This document shows positions 1 to 9,093 of a stretch of DNA of 40,079 bases, piece by piece (position 1 is the stretch's first letter; each line of letters opens with the position of its first letter). The notes beneath the pieces were generated by a model. It saw only the letters and a list, made by a program, of their open reading frames with translations. It was not told the origin of the DNA and searched no databases. The stretch lies in sequence record OZ035821.1, one strand, 5' to 3'. A program made the translations under genes and the position numbers. The stretch is from Kayfunavirus PDP21P1.

Positions 1-29
1 TACAAAACGATTAAAGGAGGTGGTAAAAC

Positions 30-293
30 ATGACGCAGATGGACTTAGAGAAGTTCCTCTTGATGCTGGATACTGAACGTGCTAGACTCATGCTGCAAGA
101 CCTGCGGGATGACTCTAAGCGTTCACCTCAGCTTTACAACGCCATTGAGAAGCTACTGGCTCGTCACAACTTCGTGCTAAGCAAGGTGTCTGTTGACGAG
201 AAGACGCTCGCTGATATGGAGGCTTTGAACAGGGAGTACGATAAGGTGCTCTCAGCTACTGAGGATAACGACACCGGGTATGGTGTACAGTAA
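30..293 (+). CDS. 18: Terminase small subunit (DNA maturation protein A), T7 gp18 homolog
   Basis: 87-aa ORF with AGGAGG RBS upstream. Sequence (LxMLDTE...RSPQLYNAIEKLLxRH) parallels T7 gp18 as recalled. Lies directly upstream of the spanin and large-terminase genes. Confidence 0.8.
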   Translation: MTQMDLEKFLLMLDTERARLMLQDLRDDSKRSPQLYNAIEKLLARHNFVLSKVSVDEKTLADMEALNREYDKVLSATEDNDTGYGVQ

Positions 294-297
294 GTGT

Positions 298-342
298 TAG
301 ACTCAAGGTCATTACTATATGTAGTGGCCTTTATGGTTAACA
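298..342 (+). promoter_or_regulatory. Conserved hairpin (AAGGTCA-N13-TGGCCTT), candidate RNase III processing site between genes 18 and 18.5
   Basis: One of five copies of the same stem motif (others at 4139-4156, 5162-5187, 9026-9051, 16437-16461). This one sits where T7 has the R18.5 RNase III site. Confidence 0.3.
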
Positions 343-394
343 CACACTACGGGCGGAGACGCTACGTGGATTCTGAGAAATGAGGAGGGCAACT

Positions 395-832
395 ATGCTC
401 GAACTTTTATGTAAAGCAATCCCGTGGCTGGTTGCAGGACTCCTGTTCTGTTCTGGCTACTGGGTGGCAGACAATAAGTGGGAGGCGAAGGTAAACAATG
501 AGTACATCACGAAACTTGAGGCACGAGAGAATCAACGGGCTGCTGTCCAAGGTGAAATCAACAAAGTGTCAGCCGAGTGGCAAGACAAGATGTCCGCGCT
601 GGAAGGCTCTACTGATAGGATTATTGCTGACCTTAACCGTGATAACAAGCGGCTGCGCGTCCGAGTCAACACCTCAGGTCTCACCGAGTCAGATGTCAGT
701 AGATGCTTCCCTAATGGTAGAGTCGAACTACACCCAGAAACTTCTAAAAGTCTTATCCGATTAACTCAGGAGGCAGACCTTAAGGAGAAGGCGCTTCAGG
801 ACACAATAAGGAGGCTCCAAGGTGTTAAGTGA
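395..832 (+). CDS. 18.5: i-spanin (Rz-like), T7 gp18.5 homolog
   Basis: N-terminal transmembrane helix (IPWLVAGLLFCSGYW) and strong similarity to T7 gp18.5 (EGSTDRIIxDLxxDNKRLRVRV). Start moved to ATG 395, which has a GAGGAGG RBS; the track start at 380 lies inside that RBS. Confidence 0.8.
   Translation: MLELLCKAIPWLVAGLLFCSGYWVADNKWEAKVNNEYITKLEARENQRAAVQGEINKVSAEWQDKMSALEGSTDRIIADLNRDNKRLRVRVNTSGLTESDVSRCFPNGRVELHPETSKSLIRLTQEADLKEKALQDTIRRLQGVK
498..764 (+). CDS. 18.7: o-spanin (Rz1-like lipoprotein) embedded in the +1 frame of gene 18.5, T7 gp18.7 homolog
   Basis: Embedded out-of-frame ORF with a signal peptide and lipobox (LTVITSGC). Closely parallels T7 gp18.7 (MSTxRxLR...GCASES...MVSVDxSLMVExN). 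Confidence 0.75.
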   Translation: MSTSRNLRHERINGLLSKVKSTKCQPSGKTRCPRWKALLIGLLLTLTVITSGCASESTPQVSPSQMSVDASLMVESNYTQKLLKVLSD

Positions 833-1259
833 TTACTACAAAGTGGACCCGGCTAGTCCATCCGGTCTGGTCTCCGTTAGGACTGGAAAGCCTGTGGGGA
901 CATTAAGTCGGATGGGATATTGGATAGTACAGACACGAAGTCTAGGCAGTAAGCGGGCCCATCGTGTGATATGGGAACTAACCAATGGTCCTATACCGCA
1001 TGGTATGCAAATAGACCACATCGACAGGAACCCTAGCAATAATACCTTAAGTAACTTACGGCTCGTTACTGCCGCTGAAAACACTTGGAATACTGGTAGC
1101 CATTATGACTCTAAGACAGGAGTGAAGTGCGTTACCCGTCACCAGAATGGTTATAGGATTCAGGTTAAACGCGGGAATGCCTATATGCGAACAACACGTC
1201 CCACTTTAGAGGAGGCTATCGCTGTCCGGGACCTAATGCTGGAGGGACTATATGTCTAA
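822..1259 (+). CDS. HNH homing endonuclease with AP2-like DNA-binding domain
   Basis: Motifs YYKVDPxSPSGLV, [35 protein letters not shown], and a C-terminal GYRIQV...[15 protein letters not shown]2-like segment. GTG start with GGAGG upstream. Absent from the T7 backbone at this position; AT-rich relative to flanks. Confidence 0.75.
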   Translation: MLSDYYKVDPASPSGLVSVRTGKPVGTLSRMGYWIVQTRSLGSKRAHRVIWELTNGPIPHGMQIDHIDRNPSNNTLSNLRLVTAAENTWNTGSHYDSKTGVKCVTRHQNGYRIQVKRGNAYMRTTRPTLEEAIAVRDLMLEGLYV

Positions 1260-3018
1260 GAAAACACCCGCTGAAAGACAGGCAGAAATGGTCCAAAGGA
1301 TGAGGGACGACTTCGTGTTCTTCATCTTCGTTCTCTGGAAAGCACTAAGTCTTCCGGTTCCAACCCGCTGCCAGATAGATATGTGTAAGAAGCTGGCTGC
1401 TGGGGATAATCGCCGCTTCATCCTTCAGGCGTTCCGTGGTATTGGCAAGTCGTTTTTGACCTGTGGCTTTGTGGTCTGGAAGCTATGGAATAACCCAGAC
1501 TTGAAGTTCATGATTGTGTCGGCCTCAAAGGAACGAGCCGATGCGAACTCCATCTTCATCAAGCGAATCATCGACCTCATGCCTCAGCTTCAGGAACTCA
1601 AACCTAAACAGGGGCAGCGAGATGCGGTTATCAGCTTCGACGTGGGACCTGCCAAGCCAGACCACTCACCTTCGGTTAAGTCCGTTGGTATCACTGGTCA
1701 GTTGACTGGTAGTCGTGCTGACATCCTGATTGCCGATGACGTGGAGGTTCCGAACAACTCAGCGACTCAGGCTGCACGAGACCGTCTATCAGAGCTTGTG
1801 AAAGAGTTCGACGCTATCCTGAAGCCGGGAGGTACGATCATCTATCTGGGTACTCCTCAGAACGAGATGACCCTGTACCGTGAGCTGGAAGGTCGTGGGT
1901 ACACCACTACTATCTGGCCCGCTCGTTATCCACGCGACAGGAAGGACTGGCAGTCTTACGGCGACCGTCTGGCTCCTATGCTTCAGGCAGAGCTGGAAGA
2001 GGACCCTGAGTCCTTCTACTGGCGTCCGACTGATGAAGTACGCTTCGATGATACGGACCTGAAGGAACGTGAGCTGTCCTACGGTAAAGCTGGCTTCGCT
2101 CTACAGTTCATGCTTAACCCGAACCTGAGTGATGCCGAGAAGTACCCTCTGAAGCTCCGTGACCTTATCGTAGCCGACTTGGACCCAGCGTCTAGCCCAA
2201 TGGTATACCAATGGCTTCCTAACCCTCAGAACAAGCGTGAGGACGTTCCTAACGTTGGACTCATGGGTGACTCATACCACACGTATCAGACTGTAGGTTC
2301 TGCCTTCAGTTCGTACACCCAGAAGATTCTAGTCATTGACCCTAGTGGTCGTGGTAAGGATGAAACTGGTTATGCGGTACTGTACCAGCTAAACGGCTAC
2401 ATCTTCGCTATGGAAGTTGGCGGTATGCGAGGTGGCTATGAAGACTCTACGCTGGAAGCCTTGGCTAAGATTGGTCGTAAGTGGAAGGTCCACGAATACG
2501 TCATTGAGGGTAACTTCGGTGATGGTATGTACCTTGAGCTATTCAAGCCTGTAGCTTCCCGTATCCATCCTGCGGCTGTAACTGAAGTGAAGAGTAAGGG
2601 TCAGAAAGAACTCCGCATCTGTGACGTTCTGGAGCCTATCATGGGGTCTCACCGACTTATCGTCAACGCTTCTGCTATCGTCCAAGACTACCAGACAGCC
2701 TCTGACAAGGATGGCGTTCGTAACCCTATCTACTCTCTCTTCTACCAGATGACACGTATCTCTCGTGAACGTGGGGCCTTGGCACACGATGACCGACTTG
2801 ATGCGCTGGCTATCGGTGTACAGTTCTTCGTTGAGTCGATGGCTAAGGATGCCAACAAAGGCGAACGTGAAGTCACTGAGGAGTGGCTGGAGGAACAGAT
2901 GGAGAACCCACGTAAAGGCTTCGAGTCCATCCACACTGAGTTCTGGGACAATGGGGTCCGGGTAACTCACGATACGGACGACGAGCTTGGACTAGGGTCC
3001 TACGTTACGTTCCACTAG
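1252..3018 (+). CDS. 19: Terminase large subunit (DNA maturation protein B), T7 gp19 homolog
   Basis: 588 aa. N-terminus [24 protein letters not shown]...[12 protein letters not shown]...[20 protein letters not shown] matches T7 gp19 almost residue for residue; length close to T7 (586 aa). Confidence 0.93.
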   Translation: MSKKTPAERQAEMVQRMRDDFVFFIFVLWKALSLPVPTRCQIDMCKKLAAGDNRRFILQAFRGIGKSFLTCGFVVWKLWNNPDLKFMIVSASKERADANSIFIKRIIDLMPQLQELKPKQGQRDAVISFDVGPAKPDHSPSVKSVGITGQLTGSRADILIADDVEVPNNSATQAARDRLSELVKEFDAILKPGGTIIYLGTPQNEMTLYRELEGRGYTTTIWPARYPRDRKDWQSYGDRLAPMLQAELEEDPESFYWRPTDEVRFDDTDLKERELSYGKAGFALQFMLNPNLSDAEKYPLKLRDLIVADLDPASSPMVYQWLPNPQNKREDVPNVGLMGDSYHTYQTVGSAFSSYTQKILVIDPSGRGKDETGYAVLYQLNGYIFAMEVGGMRGGYEDSTLEALAKIGRKWKVHEYVIEGNFGDGMYLELFKPVASRIHPAAVTEVKSKGQKELRICDVLEPIMGSHRLIVNASAIVQDYQTASDKDGVRNPIYSLFYQMTRISRERGALAHDDRLDALAIGVQFFVESMAKDANKGEREVTEEWLEEQMENPRKGFESIHTEFWDNGVRVTHDTDDELGLGSYVTFH

Positions 3019-3112
3019 CTGAATGAATAACTATAGGCGAAAACTGAATTAATAAGCAGTTAGTAACCTATAGTTACTACCAGTCTAACCTACTGTTTTA
3101 TAAGGAGTTTGG

Positions 3113-3135
3113 ACTTAACTATCACTATAGGGAAG
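3113..3135 (+). promoter_or_regulatory. Phage RNA polymerase promoter (phiOR-like, downstream of gene 19)
   Basis: ACTTAACTATCACTATA^GGGAAG; matches the 11-member promoter family in this window. Same relative position as T7 phiOR. Confidence 0.7.
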
Positions 3136-3315
3136 ACCCCCGGTTACTTATAGTATTACTGTAGTGAATATACATATGCAGACTTTATGCAAGACCTTAG
3201 GAGGCAGACTCCGAGTTCTTACCTAAGGCTTGCACCGATGGAAGGAGGGTGATATTAATCATAATCCCTCCAATACAGATAGTCACCGACCATAGATACA
3301 GGAGGTATGTAGCAT

Positions 3316-3474
3316 ATGGCAAAGACCAAAGCTGTACTTAAAGCTCTGGCGACCAATCGAGCTACATACAGGTTTCTTGCTGCTGTTCTACTTGCTGCTG
3401 GCGTTACTGCTGGAAGTAAGTGGGTCGGGTGGGTCGAGACTCTCGTATGTTCTCTGGTGTCTCAGTGTAATTAA
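3316..3474 (+). CDS. Small hydrophobic protein (gp19.5-position ORF)
   Basis: 52-aa ORF found by hand (below the track threshold). AGGAGG RBS 11 nt upstream; predicted transmembrane segment (FLAAVLLAAGVTAG). Positioned after phiOR as T7 gene 19.5 is. Confidence 0.3.
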   Translation: MAKTKAVLKALATNRATYRFLAAVLLAAGVTAGSKWVGWVETLVCSLVSQCN

Positions 3475-3799
3475 CGCAATCATGGTAACGATTCATGAGC
3501 GGAAGACCTAAGGTCAGTACGTGGATAAAGACTCACTCTACTGACCTTAGCTACTGTAGTCAAGGACTTTAGGTAACACCTTAATAGAAGCTCACCTAGG
3601 GTCATCCTACTTATTGGTCTATCCTAGTGTCGCCTGACCTACGGTCACTCGATGAGTTTGGACCAAAAGTTTGAGACCACATCTCACAGTTCAAGAACCT
3701 CAAGTCTCCCCATAGGCCCTCTTTAAGTCCAGACCAAAGGCCCTACCCGTTACTGCTCCTTGCAGTCACAGACAGTCTATCATAAGGTTGGACTGATGG

Positions 3800-4020
3800 T
3801 CAAGACGTTAGGTCGACGATAGGTCTAGGCTATGGCTTAGGGTAGGACGATAGGTAGGGACTATGGGTCTTCTTTGAGTCTCTATCTGTATAGTGTTATA
3901 GTATAACATTACGTCCTACACCATAAGTCTCACCAACCTACAGTCCTACAACCTACAGTCCTACAACCTACAGTCACAACCATAAGACACCAACACCTAC
4001 AGTCATAGACCTACAGTTAC
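3800..4020 (+). repeat. Short direct-repeat arrays in the terminal-repeat / concatemer-junction region
   Basis: Tandem CTACAACCTACAGTC and CCTACAGT units (about 3937-4016) and GATAGGT/TAGGGTAGG units (about 3806-3866), within a roughly 1-kb non-coding stretch between gene 19.5 and the first early gene. Analogous to the CCTAAAG-type repeats flanking the T7 terminal repeat. Confidence 0.45.
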
Positions 4021-4130
4021 TAGACACAGAGCTATAGACTTAAGGTCTAAGACATGTTAGTCAAAGACTATATCCTCTTAGTCACCATGAGGCCGACGAT
4101 AGCTTAATCAATATTATTTCAAATTACCTA

Positions 4131-4160
4131 TTGACTATAGGTCAAGGATATGGCCTAATA
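4131..4160 (+). promoter_or_regulatory. Candidate host sigma70 early promoter (A1-like)
   Basis: TTGACT (4131-4136), then 17-18 bp, then a weak -10 (CCTAAT/CTAATA); upstream of the first early gene. Overlaps an AGGTCA-N6-TGGCCT hairpin. Confidence 0.25.
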
Positions 4161-4270
4161 GCTTCCGTCAACACGACACGGCAACAACCGGATAGTGAAG
4201 ACGCCGGTCCGGTCCGGTTAAGTAGTCAGCCTGTAAGACATACGAACAACAGGCAACCGACAGAAAGTAG

Positions 4271-4300
4271 TTGACAAGATGTAACGATAAGATGTAAGAT
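4271..4300 (+). promoter_or_regulatory. Candidate host sigma70 early promoter (A2-like)
   Basis: TTGACA (4271-4276), 18-bp spacer, TAAGAT (4295-4300). Resembles the T7 A2 promoter (TTGACA ... GTAAGATAC) as recalled. Confidence 0.4.
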
Positions 4301-4486
4301 GTACCACATCGAAACAACGGTGATGACCAACACTGAAATGGTCTACCTGAAGTCCTCTGACTGAAGGGAATGTTCTTTAACAATCTGGATAAACTCTTAA
4401 TGTGCGCCGACAGTGATTAGCTACAGGGTCTTTGAGTCTACATCTGAAGGCCCTGACTGATAGTCACTAACTAAAGGATAAACAAG

Positions 4487-5011
4487 ATGAAACTGATAGG
4501 CAAGGGCGCGTTCACTAAGTGCTACCTGAAGGACTGCGGGAAGCGTGTAATTCTGGTATCTTCAGACCCAATCAAGGAGTGTATGGCGTGGGGATGGTTC
4601 CCTGAGTCTCCACTGTTCCCTGAAGTCAAAATGATTGAGGTAGGCACGTATGAGATGGAATACATGCCACCAACACGAGGTCTCAAGGCGCATTTAGACG
4701 ATGACCAATGGCAACTCTATCAGGTGTTGCGAGACTGCTTCTCACGGTCTCCGGTAGTCTCTCGACCTGCCGAACTGTATCACAAGTGGTACGAGTTATT
4801 CCAAGATGCACACGACAGGTCTGAGTCTGAGACTGTGCGGGAGGGCCTGATGGATGTTCTGATGGCGCTGGACGCTTGCGCTAACTTCGGGTCAGACATT
4901 CAGTTTGAGATAAGCCCACGTAATGTACGGGCTGTGGATGGCAAGTTGATACTGGTTGATTGTTTCTTCCTTGTGTCCAAGCTGCCAAAGATGAGGTCGT
5001 CAAAATGGTAA
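4487..5011 (+). CDS. Early protein, possible gp0.7-family protein-kinase-like domain
   Basis: 174 aa, first ORF after the early promoters, AAAGGA RBS. Glycine-rich loop IGKGAFTKCY followed by RVILV resembles the T7 gp0.7 kinase N-terminus (LGNGHFSAAY ... RVIKV) only loosely. Not acidic, so not Ocr-like. Confidence 0.45.
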   Translation: MKLIGKGAFTKCYLKDCGKRVILVSSDPIKECMAWGWFPESPLFPEVKMIEVGTYEMEYMPPTRGLKAHLDDDQWQLYQVLRDCFSRSPVVSRPAELYHKWYELFQDAHDRSESETVREGLMDVLMALDACANFGSDIQFEISPRNVRAVDGKLILVDCFFLVSKLPKMRSSKW

Positions 5012-5154
5012 CTTATGGTCTCTGCCAGCACCACGTCACCAACGCCCGGATTATGGTCAAGACCGGGCAGTTAGACCACGATTGGGCTATGCGTCTCTTG
5101 AAAGTGGTCTACAGGAGACGCAAGCGTATACACGACAGCTTGCACGCTAAGTGA
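5005..5154 (+). CDS. Hypothetical early protein (basic C-terminus)
   Basis: In-frame ATG at 5005 overlaps the upstream stop (ATGGTAA) and has a GAGG RBS. 49 aa, ending in an Arg/Lys-rich tail (VVYRRRKRIHDSLHAK). Confidence 0.3.
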   Translation: MVTYGLCQHHVTNARIMVKTGQLDHDWAMRLLKVVYRRRKRIHDSLHAK

Positions 5155-5220
5155 TAAACGAGAGGTCATCGAATGATAGGTGGCCTCAAAGATTATCACT
5201 TACATTGATAGGGGTTAACT

Positions 5221-5388
5221 ATGAAATTTACAATCATCGCACTTTACATAACCATTATTCTATCTTGGCTTACTGCGGTGCTCACTGATGGTAACGCATT
5301 ACGACTGGGCTGGCTGGCAGTGGACATTATATTCTCTCCGGTAGGTGTCGTGCGCGGTATCTTGATGTGGATTGGACTGGCGGGATAA
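5221..5388 (+). CDS. Hypothetical small membrane protein
   Basis: 55-aa hand-found ORF with two predicted hydrophobic helices (IIALYITIILSWLTAVL; GVVRGILMWIGLAG). Weak RBS. Confidence 0.3.
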   Translation: MKFTIIALYITIILSWLTAVLTDGNALRLGWLAVDIIFSPVGVVRGILMWIGLAG

Positions 5389-5391
5389 ACT

Positions 5392-5589
5392 ATGAGTCTT
5401 GCACTATTGATAGCCATAGGCTATGGACTTATCGCCTACATGCTGATGAGAGACATCAACAAGGCGCGTAAAGTCTACAAATTCAACTATGTACGTCTGG
5501 GCCGCTGGACTGTACGTCAACCTAACGGGCGCTTCGCGCGTAACTTAGCGAACGTCTGGGATATAGCAACTCTTGGGAGCAAACTGTAA
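5392..5589 (+). CDS. Hypothetical early protein with N-terminal transmembrane helix
   Basis: 65-aa ORF; N-terminal hydrophobic segment LALLIAIGYGLIAYML. Tightly packed with neighbouring ORFs. Confidence 0.4.
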   Translation: MSLALLIAIGYGLIAYMLMRDINKARKVYKFNYVRLGRWTVRQPNGRFARNLANVWDIATLGSKL

Positions 5590-5915
5590 TGAACAAGTCA
5601 TACGGGATTAATTTGGTACACTCTATGGACGCAGAAATGAACACGTTAAGCCTACTGGCTACCGGGTATCGTCACGGAACGTCAAGTCACTCCGCACGTC
5701 AACAGCAGGAGCGGGACCGTGTACTACAGGCACGACTCCGGGCAGAGGGCCATAAGTACGAACTGATGTGTCTGGCGTATGGTGGACGACCGATCACTGA
5801 CGATGGTAAACTTCTGGTCTCAGGCTGGAAGGCGATAGACCAACGGTCAACCATCAAGCACACGACTCACGGTGACTTCAGTCATCTTCACGCTAACCCT
5901 CTGATATGTAAGTAA
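5589..5915 (+). CDS. Hypothetical early protein
   Basis: 108-aa ORF; start overlaps the upstream stop (TAATG); GGGAG RBS. No recognisable motif. Confidence 0.5.
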   Translation: MNKSYGINLVHSMDAEMNTLSLLATGYRHGTSSHSARQQQERDRVLQARLRAEGHKYELMCLAYGGRPITDDGKLLVSGWKAIDQRSTIKHTTHGDFSHLHANPLICK

Positions 5916-5920
5916 TTATG

Positions 5921-5943
5921 ACTTAACTATCACTATAGGACTC
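5921..5943 (+). promoter_or_regulatory. Phage RNA polymerase promoter immediately upstream of gene 1
   Basis: ACTTAACTATCACTATA^GGACTC, identical at -17..-1 to the promoter at 3113. Lies 70 nt upstream of the RNA polymerase start codon. Confidence 0.65.
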
Positions 5944-6012
5944 AAGGTCTAAGACTCCAAGTGAAAGACCAAAGAGACTCTAAGTGAAAGACTAATAACA
6001 AGGACTTTAAGT

Positions 6013-8694
6013 ATGAGCGTCATCTCTATTGACAGACACGACTTCTCTGATGTGTCGAACGCCATTGAGCCGTTTAACCTGCTGGCAGACCACTACGGGC
6101 AAGACCTTGCAGTAAAACAGCTTCAGCTTGAGCATGAGGCATACACTGAAGGCGAGCGACGTTTCATCAAAAACCTTGAGCGACAGACTGAGCGCGGGGA
6201 ACTGGCAGACAATCAGGTCGCCAAGCCTTTGATGCAGACTCTGGTTCCTAAGATTGCGCAAGCCGTCAGGGAGTGGCATGAAGGCCCAGACGGGAAGCTG
6301 TCAACCTCTCGTCCTAGCGTAGCGTTCACCATGTTGAGCACTGAAGAGAGGGCCGTTAAAGACCGTTCTCTACGCATCTCCTGCGAGTCTGCTGCTGTCA
6401 TCATACTGAAGGTCATCCTCTCCAAGCTGGTCAAGCCTGAAGGGATACCGATTACACCGATGGCCTCCGCGTTAGGTCGCACACTTGAGGACGAAATCCG
6501 CTTCGGTCGCATCCGTGACAAGGAGAAAGAGCACTTCAAGAAGGCGATAGCTGATAACCTGAATAAGCGGGCCGGGGCGTCCTACAAGAAAGCCTACATG
6601 CAAGCGGTCGAGGCATCCATGCTGGAGAAAGGCCAACTGGAAGATGCGTGGGGGACTTGGAGTCCTACAGAGGCTGTCCACGTTGGCATCAAGATGCTCG
6701 AGATTGTCATCCAGTCAACACAACTGGTCGAGCTTAAGCGGTACGGCGCTGGCAATGCAGCGGCTGACGTAGAGATGGTCCACCTGTCAGACTTCTGGGT
6801 CAAGAAGATGGCACAACGAGGATTCAGCCTTGCGGGTATCGCTCCAGTCTACCAGCCTTGCGTCGTTCCACCTAAGCCGTGGACTGGTGTCGTAGGTGGT
6901 GGGTACTGGGCCAAAGGTCGCAGACCACTACCACTGATTCGCTTAGGGTCTAAGTCTGCGGTAGCACGTTACGAAGACGTGTACATGCCTGAAGTATATG
7001 ACGCTGTTAACATTATCCAGAATACACCTTGGAAAGTGAACAAGAAGGTTCTGGACGTGGTGAACATGGTCGAGAAGTTGCACAACACGCCTATTGATGA
7101 CATCCCTCAGATGGAGCCACTGAAGCCTGAGGACTATGTGGGTGAGACTGAAGAAGAACTCAAAGCATGGAAGAAAGCTGCTGCTGGTATCTACCGCCGC
7201 GAGAAGGCCCGACAGTCACGCAGATTGTCGCTGAGTTTTATCGTCAGCCAGGCGAACAAGTTCTCGCAGTTTAAGGCTATCTGGTTCCCATACAACATGG
7301 ACTGGCGCGGTCGCGTCTACGCTGTACCGATGTTCAACCCTCAGGGTAACGACATGCAGAAAGGTCTCCTGACTTTGGCAGTCGGTAAGCCTATTGGCGC
7401 TGATGGTTTCAAATGGCTGAAGGTCCACGGTGCAAACTGTGCGGGTGTTGATAAAGTCACCTTCGAGGAGCGCATCAAGTGGGTGGAAGATAACCACGAC
7501 AACATCATGGCTGCTGCTAAAGCGCCGATGGATAGTATTGAGTGGTGGGGAAAGTTAGACTCTCCGTTCTGTTTCCTCGCGTTCTGCTTCGAGTATGCTG
7601 GCGTAATGCACCACGGCCTTTCTTACTCCTGCTCGCTACCGATAGCGTTCGATGGGTCCTGCTCTGGGATTCAGCACTTCAGCGCGATGCTTCGTGATCA
7701 CATCGGTGGACACGCAGTAAACCTGACGCCATCCGGTAAGGTACAAGACATCTACCGCATCGTGTCCGACCGCATTGAGGAGGAGCTTAAAGTCCTGCTG
7801 GTTAACGGCACGGACAATGAGATGGTAACTCACGAGGACAAGAAAACTGGTGAGATTACCGAACGTCTCAAGCTGGGGACACGAGAGCTGGCCCGGCAGT
7901 GGCTTACTTACGGTATGTCACGTAAGGTCACTAAGCGTTCAGTCATGACTCTGGCCTACGGGTCGAAGGAGTACGGATTCGCAGACCAAGTTTACGAGGA
8001 CATCGTGATGCCAGCGATTGACTCAGGGTCTGGCGCTATGTTCACCGAGCCAAGCCAAGCGTCTCGCTTCATGGCTAAGATGATTTGGGAAGCTGTGAGT
8101 GTGACCGTAGTTGCTGCTGTTGACGCGATGAAGTGGCTTCAGGGTGCTGCCAAGCTGCTGGCTGCTGAAGTGAAGGACAAGAAGACTGGAGAAATCCTGA
8201 AGCCTTGCCTTCCAGTACACTGGGTAACACCTGATGGTTTCCCTGTCTGGCAGGAATACCGCAAGAAGGATACCACGCGTCTGAACCTGATGTTCTTAGG
8301 GTCATTCAACCTTCAGCCTACCGTCAACAAAGGCACGAAGAAGGAGCTGGATAAGCACAAGCAGGAGTCAGGAATTAGCCCGAACTTCGTCCACTCACAA
8401 GATGGTAGCCACCTACGCAAGACTGTAGTCCACACTCACCGCAAGTATGGCGTGATGTCATTCGCAGTGATTCACGATAGCTTCGGGACAATCCCGGCTG
8501 ACGCTGAGTATCTGTTCCGTGGTGTCCGTGAGACTATGGTCGAGACCTACCGCGACAACGATGTGCTGCTTGACTTCTACGAGCAGTTCGAATACCAGCT
8601 TCACGAGAGTCAGCGCGACAAGTTGCCTGAGCTTCCGAAGAAAGGTAAACTGAATATCGAAGACATCTTGTCTTCAGACTTTGCATTCGCTTAA
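6013..8694 (+). CDS. 1: DNA-directed RNA polymerase (single-subunit), T7 gp1 homolog
   Basis: 893 aa. Near-collinear with T7 RNAP as recalled (PWTGxxGGGYWAxGRRPL, FPYNMDWRGRVYA, FCFLAFCFEYAG, HDSFGTIPADA, C-terminal FAFA). Confidence 0.97.
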   Translation: MSVISIDRHDFSDVSNAIEPFNLLADHYGQDLAVKQLQLEHEAYTEGERRFIKNLERQTERGELADNQVAKPLMQTLVPKIAQAVREWHEGPDGKLSTSRPSVAFTMLSTEERAVKDRSLRISCESAAVIILKVILSKLVKPEGIPITPMASALGRTLEDEIRFGRIRDKEKEHFKKAIADNLNKRAGASYKKAYMQAVEASMLEKGQLEDAWGTWSPTEAVHVGIKMLEIVIQSTQLVELKRYGAGNAAADVEMVHLSDFWVKKMAQRGFSLAGIAPVYQPCVVPPKPWTGVVGGGYWAKGRRPLPLIRLGSKSAVARYEDVYMPEVYDAVNIIQNTPWKVNKKVLDVVNMVEKLHNTPIDDIPQMEPLKPEDYVGETEEELKAWKKAAAGIYRREKARQSRRLSLSFIVSQANKFSQFKAIWFPYNMDWRGRVYAVPMFNPQGNDMQKGLLTLAVGKPIGADGFKWLKVHGANCAGVDKVTFEERIKWVEDNHDNIMAAAKAPMDSIEWWGKLDSPFCFLAFCFEYAGVMHHGLSYSCSLPIAFDGSCSGIQHFSAMLRDHIGGHAVNLTPSGKVQDIYRIVSDRIEEELKVLLVNGTDNEMVTHEDKKTGEITERLKLGTRELARQWLTYGMSRKVTKRSVMTLAYGSKEYGFADQVYEDIVMPAIDSGSGAMFTEPSQASRFMAKMIWEAVSVTVVAAVDAMKWLQGAAKLLAAEVKDKKTGEILKPCLPVHWVTPDGFPVWQEYRKKDTTRLNLMFLGSFNLQPTVNKGTKKELDKHKQESGISPNFVHSQDGSHLRKTVVHTHRKYGVMSFAVIHDSFGTIPADAEYLFRGVRETMVETYRDNDVLLDFYEQFEYQLHESQRDKLPELPKKGKLNIEDILSSDFAFA

Positions 8695-8706
8695 CAGGAG
8701 AGAGTT

Positions 8707-8922
8707 ATGAAATTTGCACACAAGCAGGCTGGCGTTAATGGCGGGACTCAAATCGTTACCGTAACGAAACACAACGGCAAGGGTCTGGTGAAGACCACTG
8801 TCATCCCAACTAAGATGTCAAAGCAGCTTAACATCCCGTTCAAGACCCTTGTATATCTGGTCGAGTCCAACCACGAGAAGTACCTGAAGGACGCAGTGTC
8901 CAAGCTGGGGCAGATAAAATGA
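8707..8922 (+). CDS. Hypothetical protein (post-gene-1 ORF)
   Basis: 71-aa ORF with GGAGAG RBS directly after gene 1. No recognisable motif. Confidence 0.5.
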   Translation: MKFAHKQAGVNGGTQIVTVTKHNGKGLVKTTVIPTKMSKQLNIPFKTLVYLVESNHEKYLKDAVSKLGQIK

Positions 8923-8997
8923 CAGACCTACAGTTACTGGCCTTGTAGCTAGGAGCACTCGCAGTATTCACTTTAATCCAACGCAGAAGAGGTTAAC

Positions 8998-9020
8998 CCT
9001 AAACTATCACTATAGGATTA
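8998..9020 (+). promoter_or_regulatory. Phage RNA polymerase promoter (phi1.1-like)
   Basis: CCTAAACTATCACTATA^GGATTA; followed by the conserved hairpin at 9026-9051. Confidence 0.75.
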
Positions 9021-9063
9021 GACTAAAGGTCATGACTCAAAGTCGTGGCCTTCATGATTAACC
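9018..9063 (+). promoter_or_regulatory. Conserved hairpin (AAGGTCA-N12-TGGCCTT), candidate RNase III site (R1.1-like)
   Basis: Same stem motif as at 305-331 and 16437-16461; placed directly after a phage promoter, as R1.1 is in T7. Confidence 0.3.
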
Positions 9064-9093
9064 CTAAATAAACACTACTGGAGATTTAACCGT

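Noticed and set aside
3911-4020. Tandem short repeats as a possible CRISPR array
   Set aside because: The repeat units are 8-15 bp, directly abutting and imperfect, with no spacers of defined length. They resemble the T7 end-proximal repeat arrays, not CRISPR repeats.
4487-5011. First early ORF as Ocr (gp0.3) or SAM hydrolase
   Set aside because: The protein is not acidic and shows no similarity to the T7 Ocr or T3 SAMase sequences as recalled. A loose kinase-like glycine loop is the only feature.
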